Shown here piece by piece: positions 1 through 9,211 of a stretch of DNA of 64,000 nucleotides. Positions within the stretch are counted from its first letter, which is position 1, and each line of letters begins with the position of its first letter. Origin of the DNA: a virus; IMG/VR virus record IMGVR_UViG_3300030430_005376, positions 73,661 to 137,660 of that record; one strand, given 5' to 3'. The notes under the pieces were generated by a model, which saw only the letters and a program-made list of their open reading frames with translations, did not search any database and was not told the origin of the DNA. Made by a program: the position numbers and the translations under genes.

Positions 1-1614
1 ATTTTCATTTAGTATTTTTGAGATGGCAATTTTTTCAGATTCGGTGTCACCGTTGTTTGGTGCACCTACGTTTTCTAAACTCTCAGTAAAACTGTTAACA
101 GAGTTTAAGATAGAATTAGACACTGCGTGCCAGAAGCCTGGGGCGTCTGAAAAATCTAACCTGCGTTCTTGTCTTCCTTTGCTTGTAGAATTTTTAGTCA
201 GATTAGTCTCTGACAAGTCTTGATCTTCTTTGTTTCCAAACATTGATAGAAGACCTTCATTAAAACAGTCAAGGTAGTTAAAGTCTGTGACACTTAACAC
301 GTTTGTTAAAAAATAATTTTTTGCTACAAATCGTGTTGATTTTCTACTTTGGCCTAATATGAGCTTACCAGCTTGTGCCTTGTCTGTCAAAGTAGCAATT
401 TTAGGTATACTCTCAGAAATACTTTTAAACTCTGCTACATTTAATTCTTCTGTTATGGTTTCAAATAGTGTTTTTGCTGCGCTGACGACTGCAATTAGCC
501 TAAAAGCAGTTTTTAATCTCTGTGCTCTAGAGTAATCTCCAAATCTAATTGCACTGTTGTAGCTAGAACCAAATGAGGAAGAATTTTTAGAATTTTCTTC
601 TTCATAGTCTAAGTTTATACCTGTACCGGCTCTTACTGATTCTTCTCCGAAAGAAGCACCTAGCGCAGGAAAACCTGTTGCGTTCATACTTAATAATCGA
701 GTCATTACCTTTTTTTGAACATCTCGAGCTTCTTCTAAATCTCCTGCAGCAATGTTTTGAAGTGTTGATTCCACAAATGACAAGTCACCACCTGGCACGT
801 CTCTCACGTCATACCCAGTAGCCCTAAGTAGTAAAGATGATCCAATATTTTTTAGCTGATCAAAAGAAACGTCTGTAGTAATTCTTTGGTCTCTTCTTCC
901 GTCGTTGCCTACATCTGGCCCTGAATAGCCAGGTATTGTCAAGTTATCTTTTTCATCTATTTCTGATCCAAAAGGTAATGTTTCACTAGCATAACTATTG
1001 TCAACATTAAACCTGTTGTTTCTTTTTAGAGCCTCAATAGATGCAGCAACAAGAAAGTCTTTTGGGTCGCTAGCTTCTTCAGGGATTAAAACTTTGCCCA
1101 ACAAGTCATTTGCAGTTCTAGGACCGCCAGGTTGGCCGTCTCCTCTCTCTGCACCGTCAATTTTACTTATGAGTTGATCAAGCTCGTCAACTGGAGACGC
1201 AGCTGTTCCAGTTGAAGGATCGTCAAAATATCCGGTGTTGCTGTAACTCGACAACATTGAATCTTGAACAGATCCTTGTGTCACGAAAGGCTGACCTAAG
1301 ATAAAGCCACTAGGATCTTGCAGAGGCTCTCCTCTTTTACCTGCATATGTTTCATTGTTGCCTCTTCCAAAGACATAGAGGTTTTCTTCTCTCTCAGAGA
1401 TAAAGTTTAAGAACCTGCCTGTGAGGCCAGCGTCAGCGTCAGCTGCATCAAACCCAATTAGAGGTTGCCCGGTATTTGTCTCAAGTCCTAATCCTGAACT
1501 ATCACCAAACGCGGCCACACCGTCAACAGTATAGCTAACCATACCTTCAGGATTTTCAAACCCGGCAGGTAAAGTTTCACCTCTTAAAAAATCTTTGAAA
1601 GTTTCTCTTGCCAT
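1..1614 (-). CDS. Large hypothetical virion protein downstream of tape measure; 3'-truncated by window edge; missing from ORF track
   Basis: ATG at 1614 with AAGGA Shine-Dalgarno; hand translation MARETFKDFLRGETLPAGFENPEG..., open at every stretch checked down to base 1. Confidence 0.8.
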   Translation of the reverse strand, partial: MARETFKDFLRGETLPAGFENPEGMVSYTVDGVAAFGDSSGLGLETNTGQPLIGFDAADADAGLTGRFLNFISEREENLYVFGRGNNETYAGKRGEPLQDPSGFILGQPFVTQGSVQDSMLSSYSNTGYFDDPSTGTAASPVDELDQLISKIDGAERGDGQPGGPRTANDLLGKVLIPEEASDPKDFLVAASIEALKRNNRFNVDNSYASETLPFGSEIDEKDNLTIPGYSGPDVGNDGRRDQRITTDVSFDQLKNIGSSLLLRATGYDVRDVPGGDLSFVESTLQNIAAGDLEEARDVQKKVMTRLLSMNATGFPALGASFGEESVRAGTGINLDYEEENSKNSSSFGSSYNSAIRFGDYSRAQRLKTAFRLIAVVSAAKTLFETITEELNVAEFKSISESIPKIATLTDKAQAGKLILGQSRKSTRFVAKNYFLTNVLSVTDFNYLDCFNEGLLSMFGNKEDQDLSETNLTKNSTSKGRQERRLDFSDAPGFWHAVSNSILNSVNSFTESLENVGAPNNGDTESEKIAISKILNEN

Positions 1615-1832
1615 CCGAGTTCCTTAATCTGTTCTTTGAACAACTGACCTGCTCTTTTTCTTCTGACAGGATCGCTTGATATACTTTCCACGCTTTCAAA
1701 TAAAGGTTCAAGCTCTTTCACGACCTCATCTAAGTAAATATTAATCTCTTCAATTTCTTTTTCAGACATACCTTCGCAAAAAGCATCTTTTTGCCTTGCG
1801 AGTTCATCAATAATTTCTTGGTAGTGTTTCAT
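1584..1832 (-). CDS. Hypothetical protein, 82 aa
   Basis: ORF with AGGA RBS, co-oriented; overlaps the next gene by 31 bp. Confidence 0.7.
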   Translation of the reverse strand: MKHYQEIIDELARQKDAFCEGMSEKEIEEINIYLDEVVKELEPLFESVESISSDPVRRKRAGQLFKEQIKELGWQEKLSKIF

Positions 1833-1839
1833 ATTTTTC

Positions 1840-4065
1840 CTAAGAAGTCTTTACGTAAGCAAATGATCGATTATCTGATGTTCTTGTTGAAGGTTGAAGC
1901 AAGACTTCAGCAAGCATTTTCTTGTCAATTTCAAGTGTCACGTTAGTTGTCTGATCTATGTTTTCCATGCCATTTTGAATTGCATCTACAATTGCGACCT
2001 TAATCTCTTCAATTACTTCTGTCATAGAAAATTCTTCTTCATTTTCAGTAGCTAAATTTTTAGACAATTCTTCTAGCGCATTAATTTCTTCATTTAAGTT
2101 TACGTCAGCAGACAAAACAGTGTTGATTTCTTCAGGGGCGAGTCCCATCAAGTCTACGAGTGCTCCTTCCTGGGCACGTGTAAGTGCGTCTATTTCTAGG
2201 TTCTGTTCAGCAAGATAAGTTTTTAGAAACTCGCTTCCTTCTCCAACAGGTTTAAATACTTTAGGTAGCGATGCAGGTGACCATGACTCACTAGTCACAT
2301 CGTACAAATCTTCATAACCTTCTTTGTAGGGGTCAGATATGAACGGAGCAGTTTCTTGCATGTATCCAACAAGATATTTAGTGCCTTCTTCAATTGGTCT
2401 GTAAATTTTAGGCATCGATCTTGGCGAAAACAGATCTTGAATAAACTCAAACAGTTTATTTATTGCTTTTTCTGTCCCACCTGTCACAGAATTGATTGAT
2501 TTCTCGAGAGATCCAAGCATCTTCTCGCCAGCCTCAATACCTTTTGCTACTGTTGACAATTCTGTTTGAATAGCTCCTTCGACACCTGCTGTGTACGTTT
2601 TAAAGCTGCCCTTTGTTGCCTCGTTGAGCACTTTACCAAATGCTGATTGGTTACCAAGCGATTTTATCACTTCGCCAGAATAGCCTGCCATGGCTTCTGA
2701 GTGTTTGTTAATCTGAGATGCGATCGTAAGGAATCTTTGATCTTCTGCGATTTGAGCTAGTCGTTCACTTGACCTCTGGTACTTGAGAGTCGTCTGGTCT
2801 AGAGTTTTTTCTCTATCTTCCTGCGTTTGAGTTGCTGCTTCTCCGGACGCCTTAAGCATGTCTGCTTGACTAGTTAAGGTGTTGTTAGCGTTCATTAGCG
2901 TCTTGAGCTCGCTCATCGGTACGCCTATCGCCTGAGAGAGTGCTCTCTGTTTTGTATTTGACATCGTCTCAAAATCTTGACCTTGGGCTAAAAGATCCTC
3001 TCTGAGCCTTCTTGCAAATTCTTCTTCGTCTTCATTGGCTAGGTACATGTACTCTTGAGCATCGATTTGAATATCAAAAAGAGAACTCAGCAGATTTGCT
3101 TTTTCAACAGCACCCCCAAAGTCTCTAAATCCTGACACAACATTTTGGAATGTTCCGGTCTGCATACCTACTTCTTTAAGAGAAGCAGCTAATCGAGTAG
3201 CGCCAGCAACACCAATATTAGTGAAGAAGTCCATGTTCTTCACAAGTTTAGTTGTGTCATCAAGAAGATCTTGCATTGTCACACCAACTTCTCTACCTAC
3301 CATTTCTGCGTGACTTACAAGATCATCAAGAATCTCTGTGCTGACTTTTCCTGTCTGTGCAAACTGAACATTGATTAACTCTGCAACACCTTCAGCTTCA
3401 ATTCCTGTTGCTTTTGAAAATTTGACAACGTCTTTCATGTTGTCACCAGTTATTTGCTTCACTGCCTGGACGTTTTGGTTTGACAATGCTGAAGAGAAAT
3501 TTTGGAAATCTTCTACTAGGTCAGCTAAGTTACCAGAAGTTATCTGCATCATATCGCCGCCAGCATTAAAGTCGTCTCTTAAAGATGCAAATATCTGTAA
3601 TTGACTTTTAGCAAACTCATTTGTAATACTCGAAAAATCAACTTCTGCAGACATATCCTCTATGTCTTTAAGTCCTGCACCAAATGTTTGAATGAGACCG
3701 CGGTTCATTCTGGACATCTCGTTGTTTTGCAAGTTTGCGGCGTTATCAAAAGCTGCCTTGTTGACGGCTATCATCTGTGCACCGAGACCTATGACCTTGT
3801 TCATTATCACATTTGCTTGTGCGTCAACTTGAGCCGCAGGTACTGTCAGAGTATCTGATAAAGGCGTGAGTCCTTCAGGTGCACCACCTGCGTCACCAGT
3901 TCCGCCTAAACGAGTTCTGGGTGGCGGCGGAGACTCATCAATTCCTCCGCGGCGGCCTCTTGCCCCAGCACCTCTTCCTGAAGAAAAATAGTCGTCAAAA
4001 CCCCTTCTGATGCCTTTAGAAATAGCTTCAGTAAGATCTGCCATGTCTGAGCTGTCTAGAGCCAT
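1840..4065 (-). CDS. Probable tail tape measure protein
   Basis: 741 aa, helical Ala/Gln/Glu-rich; follows tube and chaperone genes, the canonical position; AGGAG RBS. Confidence 0.7.
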   Translation of the reverse strand: MALDSSDMADLTEAISKGIRRGFDDYFSSGRGAGARGRRGGIDESPPPPRTRLGGTGDAGGAPEGLTPLSDTLTVPAAQVDAQANVIMNKVIGLGAQMIAVNKAAFDNAANLQNNEMSRMNRGLIQTFGAGLKDIEDMSAEVDFSSITNEFAKSQLQIFASLRDDFNAGGDMMQITSGNLADLVEDFQNFSSALSNQNVQAVKQITGDNMKDVVKFSKATGIEAEGVAELINVQFAQTGKVSTEILDDLVSHAEMVGREVGVTMQDLLDDTTKLVKNMDFFTNIGVAGATRLAASLKEVGMQTGTFQNVVSGFRDFGGAVEKANLLSSLFDIQIDAQEYMYLANEDEEEFARRLREDLLAQGQDFETMSNTKQRALSQAIGVPMSELKTLMNANNTLTSQADMLKASGEAATQTQEDREKTLDQTTLKYQRSSERLAQIAEDQRFLTIASQINKHSEAMAGYSGEVIKSLGNQSAFGKVLNEATKGSFKTYTAGVEGAIQTELSTVAKGIEAGEKMLGSLEKSINSVTGGTEKAINKLFEFIQDLFSPRSMPKIYRPIEEGTKYLVGYMQETAPFISDPYKEGYEDLYDVTSESWSPASLPKVFKPVGEGSEFLKTYLAEQNLEIDALTRAQEGALVDLMGLAPEEINTVLSADVNLNEEINALEELSKNLATENEEEFSMTEVIEEIKVAIVDAIQNGMENIDQTTNVTLEIDKKMLAEVLLQPSTRTSDNRSFAYVKTS

Positions 4066-4093
4066 GTTTTCTCCTATTTTTAAATAGGTCTAC

Positions 4094-4285
4094 TTAAATT
4101 TTTTGATTAATCATTTTTTCAAACTTGTCTAAGCTTGACATGTCAGGTGAAGATTGAGAATTACTTGATCTGTTTTCCATTGCTTTTTTCTTGTCTTCAA
4201 AATGTTTTGACAGTCGTTTTACGTACCATGTTCTGTATCGAACTGGTAATCTTCGCAATTCTGTGTATGACATACCCAGGTGCAT
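4094..4285 (-). CDS. T4 gp51-like small hub/tail chaperone; probably expressed as a frameshift extension of the upstream gene
   Basis: MSYTELRRLPVRYRTWYVKRL resembles gp51/G-T C-terminal parts; frame is open back to 4354 with no SD before the ATG. Confidence 0.6.
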   Translation of the reverse strand: MHLGMSYTELRRLPVRYRTWYVKRLSKHFEDKKKAMENRSSNSQSSPDMSSLDKFEKMINQKI

Positions 4286-4325
4286 CTGGAGCAGGAAGCA
4301 CTCTTCTAAGAATGCTTCTCTCCAG

Positions 4326-5156
4326 TTATGTACTGGGCCAAAAAAACTCTGTAGTTATAGGAAGCGATATGTCACTAACTGTGCCGCAATTTTGGCATGT
4401 CATGCTATGCTTCATATTGATACCTGGTTCGTTTTCAACAATAAACGCTCTCAACTTTTTTGAGTCAAAAGCTGGCATATTCTTAATAAAGTGCTTAATT
4501 TTGAGTCTGTCTCTAATACCATCAACTGATGTGATTGTGCTTTCTAAGTAAGAAGTTATGTTGTTTTCTATCTTTGAACCTAGCGCTTTCGTTTTGTTTT
4601 TGCTTTCTATCCCTCTTCTTCTTTCCTCGCCGCCTGTCAAGTATTTAAAAGTTACTTTCTTCTTTGTCACAGGTAGAATATATTCAAAATCGTTAGTACC
4701 TGGCGCTGTTGGTTCTATTTTAAGCCTATTAATTTCAAGAGAAGATAAATCTGCTTCAAATTTATTGTTATGCCCACAGTTAGGACATGATGAAGAAGCC
4801 TTATAAGAAGGTCCGTATCCGGTGACTCTAATGCCTACCATTAAAGAAATTCTATCTCCAAGTATTAGATCTTCTGGGTTTATTGATTTATCAACAAGAC
4901 ATGACTTAATCAATTGTGAGATAACTGTGCCTTCTTTATGAAATGCGGGTGAAGCAAGAATATCTTCTTCATGAGCAGTCATTGACTTAATTTTCAGTGT
5001 TTCTCTATTGTACAAAACTGAGTCTGGATTGTATAGTGAACCACGTGAAGGAAGAGGAATAGCTTCGACTGGCACCTCCCATCCGAAATCTTCCTTCATA
5101 ATATTTTGACGCATCATACCGTCGGGTGTTTCACCCATTAACTCTGTTTTTGACAT
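4326..5156 (-). CDS. T4 gp26-like baseplate hub / tail assembly chaperone
   Basis: CPNC and CQNC Zn pairs, LPSRG...MTAHEEDIL motif, C-terminal EFFWP; lies between tube and tape measure. Confidence 0.7.
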   Translation of the reverse strand: MSKTELMGETPDGMMRQNIMKEDFGWEVPVEAIPLPSRGSLYNPDSVLYNRETLKIKSMTAHEEDILASPAFHKEGTVISQLIKSCLVDKSINPEDLILGDRISLMVGIRVTGYGPSYKASSSCPNCGHNNKFEADLSSLEINRLKIEPTAPGTNDFEYILPVTKKKVTFKYLTGGEERRRGIESKNKTKALGSKIENNITSYLESTITSVDGIRDRLKIKHFIKNMPAFDSKKLRAFIVENEPGINMKHSMTCQNCGTVSDISLPITTEFFWPST

Positions 5157-5170
5157 ACTTACTCCATAAA

Positions 5171-5199
5171 AAAGCGATCGTACTAAATATACGATCGCT
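5171..5199 (-). terminator. Intrinsic terminator-like hairpin after tail tube gene
   Basis: Minus strand AGCGATCGTA-TATTTAG-TACGATCGCT followed by T-run. Confidence 0.75.
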
Positions 5200-5226
5200 C
5201 AGTATGTCAGTAAAACTATTTTTAAA

Positions 5227-5715
5227 TCAGAATTGCAGGACGCAGTTATCAAACTTAATTGTCATGTCAATCATCTGAACATCATCACTGTTGTAATCAA
5301 GTGTCTGAAAATTGATGTTTGTGAGCAAGCAACCTTTAATGTCCCAGAGCTCAACAACTGTACCAATTGGATCTAGCATCTTAAGCTGAATGTCTCTCTT
5401 ATAAAAGTCAGCGTATCCTGCGCGACCAGAAACAGACTCGTAGTGAGTTCTAATCCATTCCATAACCTGCTGAGCACCTGAGGGAGCGATCGGATCGTGT
5501 ATGGTAACAGATAAATCGCCAAACTCAAGCTTACCTGATACTCGACGATAACTGTTGATAAAGTCTATTTTCTTATCTGTAAGCGTAATTGTAGGTCTGT
5601 TTGCCTTGGCAATTAAGAATGCGTCAATGCCTTCAATTGCAAGAACCCACCGATAATTTCTTTTAGGCTCAAATTTGTTTGGTAACATATCTGTGACTGA
5701 TAGTGTTTCTGCCAT
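5227..5715 (-). CDS. gp19: Tail tube protein (T4 gp19-like)
   Basis: 162 aa, FEPKRNYRW...QQVMEW...YKRDIQLKMLDP...ELWDIKG pattern; directly after sheath genes. Confidence 0.85.
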   Translation of the reverse strand: MAETLSVTDMLPNKFEPKRNYRWVLAIEGIDAFLIAKANRPTITLTDKKIDFINSYRRVSGKLEFGDLSVTIHDPIAPSGAQQVMEWIRTHYESVSGRAGYADFYKRDIQLKMLDPIGTVVELWDIKGCLLTNINFQTLDYNSDDVQMIDMTIKFDNCVLQF

Positions 5716-5746
5716 TTATAACTCCTCAATATAATATATAGGTTTT

Positions 5747-8700
5747 CTAGATAGTTGTTCCAGCATTTGTCACAACAAAGTCGAGAGCAACAAACTCGAT
5801 AGCTCTTGTAGGCTGCAAGAAGATTTTTCCTCTAATCGTGTTGTTTTCAACATCTGCTTGGGTTGTTGTTGTTGTGTCGATTATCACTCTGAACCTATCA
5901 ACACCTTGTTTCTCTTGAACTGATTGAAGAATTGGGTTGACAAGACGTGAGAATCTGTCAAGTGTTTCTGATCTGTTAGGTTCGAACAGAAGCGTGTTTG
6001 CAACGCCGCGGACCTTCCTTCTAACATCTATGAGTAATCTTCTGATGTTGACTCTATCGAGTGCAGAATTAGCTGCAAGTAGTGTCTTCTGTCCCCATAT
6101 TGCTAGAGGTCTTCCTGGATATTGAGCCAGTGGGTTAATGTCTGCATCATAGAGATCATCAAGGTTTGTTCTGTTCAAACTAACGCTTGTACTTTCTACA
6201 GCGTTTAGTGCACCACGTGTAAAGCCAGCTGGAGCAAACCAAGGATGCCCTATTCTATCGTTAAGAGAGAAAGCACCAATTGTCACAACTGACGGTGGAA
6301 CAGAGACAAGTGCACGAGTGTCGGGGTCGGTAACTGTTACGTCAGGGAAGTAAGCAGCTGCAAACGATGAATCAAGTGCTCTGTTCTTAAAAGCAGTAAC
6401 TGTGTTTGCGACGTGAGGATTTTGAACAGAAGAAGTAATGACAGAGTTGAACTGGTCTCTCTCTTCAATATCCATAATGAGCATTGCATCAAATCTATTT
6501 TCCATAGCGTCAATTGCAAAGTCTGTGACAGACGAGTGACGAATCCCTGGTACTGTGAGAAGTTGGATATCTACGTCAGACGTTGAAGCCATGATGTCAA
6601 TAGCTTTTCTGTAAGCAGCTACTGTAGGTCCTGCAGTACCGCCTTGGTTTGTAGAGTCATCAATTTCTCGCTTAGCAGCATTATTAGTTAAGTCACGCTT
6701 ATCTTTGTTGAATATTTCAACACCATTGAAGCCGCCCTGCATAGGAACTGTAAACTTAAGGTATTTTCTATTTCCGACTATTTTCAAGTCGTCCATGGTC
6801 AATCCTCTAGTTTTATTATCGTCGTTAGCAGATATTACTCCATTTCTAACGTATGATGCGCTTAACCACTGATCTGGGTCAGCAAAAGTATCTGATCCTG
6901 TTCTTACAAGAATCTTTTCTAAGCTGAATCTGTTGTTGTTAAAGCGATCACTGTCTAAAACTGCACCGTTCTGGTCGACAACACCTGGGTTGTTACCTAC
7001 CGAGAAGTTAATTGCATCTTTTCTGTGATTAGGGAAGTGCTTGACAAAAGTAAACAGTGATTGGTCGAAAGGTGTATTGGCATTTGGCGTAGTTGAATTT
7101 TCAACTCTATTGGGTTGCATGCCCCAGTAGAGTGAAGAGTCCGATCTTTTGCTCAAACCCGTGCCTTGTGCGACTGTGCTTCTGTATGGGAAAGGAGGCT
7201 CAACAATTCGTTGATGTTGACCAGAATCAGTATCTAGATCGTGCCTAGCCATTTTAACACCATTAAGAAGACTACCTGAAGTAACCAAGTGGTTGGGCCC
7301 TCTATAACCCATAGGCAAAGCATCATCAGGGACTTCGTTCTTTTTCAAAGCATCAGAAATTTGAACTCTAATAAATCTAGATCTAACAGGGTGCGTACCA
7401 TCCACTACTATTTTTTGTGATTCTGCATCAGCATCAAAATTGTAAAGTATTTCTTGATCACCAATTGCTCTTCCGACAAAGCGAGAAGACCCCGGATCTA
7501 AAGATAGGCCTCTAAAAGACTCGAAAACTTTTCTTTCATCATCAGTATCGTTAAAGTCTCTAACTAGCAGGTCAAATGTACCGTACTCGTCACTATCAGA
7601 AGTAGATTTTACTATGTTCTCTATTGATATTTTAAATCTAGAAGAAAGACCTTCACCTGCAGATAGTGCCTTAACTCTAAAAAGATTGTAGGGAACCGCA
7701 CCGTAACCTTGCGATATTATAAAAGGTGTCATTGCATGCGAGAAACGATCTTCAAAAGATTCATACACAGGAACTGTCGAAGAAGGCGCGCCTTCGCCGG
7801 CGGCAACTCTTTCAACTGAAGAGGTGAGCAGCATAGCAATTGGCTCCTCATCATTCTGATATTTTTCTGCAACCATAGCACCTGAACCTGTTACAGCTGC
7901 GATGTTTGGATGTATGTCGTAAGAGCCATAAAGGAAGTGACCTTTTTCTTCTATTTTAAGCGGATCTGTGTTGAAAACATTAGCAAAGTAATTGTTTGCA
8001 GTCATGTCAAATGAAGCCGTTATTACTGTCGGACTAGCAGTGGTACCCTTGTAGCCGTTCATGAGCAACACAAAGTCTTGTGCACCTGCAGTTAACTTAA
8101 CAGAACCAGACGTGAAACCTCTAACAGTTGAGGAATCTGCTGTGCTTGCCGGGGCACTGTTATCTACGCCGTTCTCGTTTCCACTTAAAGCTAAGACGAC
8201 ACCGCTTGGCGCAAGAAGAACACCACGAAGGATAGGTACAGCCCGAGGAGCTGTCACACCGCCAGACAGGCTTGATGCTGCAAGTGTGGCTGCAGAAGAC
8301 TCTGCCAAGGCAATGCTGTTTCCTATTGCACCTATGGACAATGCTGCTGTTAGTGTAATTGTCGTGGTTGTGGATCCTTCTGCTGCTGATAAGTTTGTTA
8401 TACCTGACGTTGCAGCACCTGAGATGTTTGATCCGTACTTTACCTTTAAGGTATCAGATGACCCGTTAATTGCCAACACAATGTTATCGGTTTGTTGTGT
8501 TGTTGAACCACCTGCCATAGATACAAAGATTTGATTTGCAGTTGGTGTTCCGCCCATAGCATTTTTTATGACTATTTCAATTGTCTTGCTACTGTCTGCA
8601 CCCATTCCAGCAGGAGTAGTTATCGTAATTGTTTCACCGTCTGAAAGACTACTTCCTATTGTAAGCGCATCTGTTAAAGAAGCAGCTGCTACAGCCTCTG

Positions 8701-9184
8701 GCGTAGTTTTCTGTATTCCAGCATCACTAAATATTGTCGAACCATTCGACTCAGACATGAAGCATCCGAGGAAGTATGTCCGGCCATGGCCGGCTCCACC
8801 AGTGTTAGCAAACGGGTTGTTACCAACAATTCCGTTATCTTGAACAATTGATTGTCCTACGACGAAACCTGCGTTTGTAACGTTTCCTGTCGCTGAATCT
8901 CTCTTTTTTCCGTCACCGGCTCCTAAAACTCTGACGTAAGTTACAGCTTGCGCATTTTTTAACCATTCGTTAACCGCGATAGGTCCAAATTTTGTACCAT
9001 CAGATGCACCATACGCTAACTTGAACTCACCGTAATTTGCAAAAGTAAGAGGCACGAAAGCAGGACCTTCGAGCGCCGTACCAACAATACCTGCAGGAAC
9101 ACCGGTAGGACCAGTAGGAGTAGGTCCAGAAAGATCTATTTCTCTTGTGCTTACACCTGCTGATTTAAAAGTTAATTCTGCCAT
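5747..9184 (-). CDS. gp18: Tail sheath protein 1 (gp18-like) with inserted domain
   Basis: SAGVSTREIDLS N-terminus; WFAPAGFTRG, INP, WGQKTL, DRVNIRRLL, GKIFLQPTRAIEFVALDF. Confidence 0.93.
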   Translation of the reverse strand: MAELTFKSAGVSTREIDLSGPTPTGPTGVPAGIVGTALEGPAFVPLTFANYGEFKLAYGASDGTKFGPIAVNEWLKNAQAVTYVRVLGAGDGKKRDSATGNVTNAGFVVGQSIVQDNGIVGNNPFANTGGAGHGRTYFLGCFMSESNGSTIFSDAGIQKTTPEAVAAASLTDALTIGSSLSDGETITITTPAGMGADSSKTIEIVIKNAMGGTPTANQIFVSMAGGSTTQQTDNIVLAINGSSDTLKVKYGSNISGAATSGITNLSAAEGSTTTTITLTAALSIGAIGNSIALAESSAATLAASSLSGGVTAPRAVPILRGVLLAPSGVVLALSGNENGVDNSAPASTADSSTVRGFTSGSVKLTAGAQDFVLLMNGYKGTTASPTVITASFDMTANNYFANVFNTDPLKIEEKGHFLYGSYDIHPNIAAVTGSGAMVAEKYQNDEEPIAMLLTSSVERVAAGEGAPSSTVPVYESFEDRFSHAMTPFIISQGYGAVPYNLFRVKALSAGEGLSSRFKISIENIVKSTSDSDEYGTFDLLVRDFNDTDDERKVFESFRGLSLDPGSSRFVGRAIGDQEILYNFDADAESQKIVVDGTHPVRSRFIRVQISDALKKNEVPDDALPMGYRGPNHLVTSGSLLNGVKMARHDLDTDSGQHQRIVEPPFPYRSTVAQGTGLSKRSDSSLYWGMQPNRVENSTTPNANTPFDQSLFTFVKHFPNHRKDAINFSVGNNPGVVDQNGAVLDSDRFNNNRFSLEKILVRTGSDTFADPDQWLSASYVRNGVISANDDNKTRGLTMDDLKIVGNRKYLKFTVPMQGGFNGVEIFNKDKRDLTNNAAKREIDDSTNQGGTAGPTVAAYRKAIDIMASTSDVDIQLLTVPGIRHSSVTDFAIDAMENRFDAMLIMDIEERDQFNSVITSSVQNPHVANTVTAFKNRALDSSFAAAYFPDVTVTDPDTRALVSVPPSVVTIGAFSLNDRIGHPWFAPAGFTRGALNAVESTSVSLNRTNLDDLYDADINPLAQYPGRPLAIWGQKTLLAANSALDRVNIRRLLIDVRRKVRGVANTLLFEPNRSETLDRFSRLVNPILQSVQEKQGVDRFRVIIDTTTTTQADVENNTIRGKIFLQPTRAIEFVALDFVVTNAGTTI

Positions 9185-9211
9185 TTAGTTTCTCCATATA
9201 TCCTTTTATAA

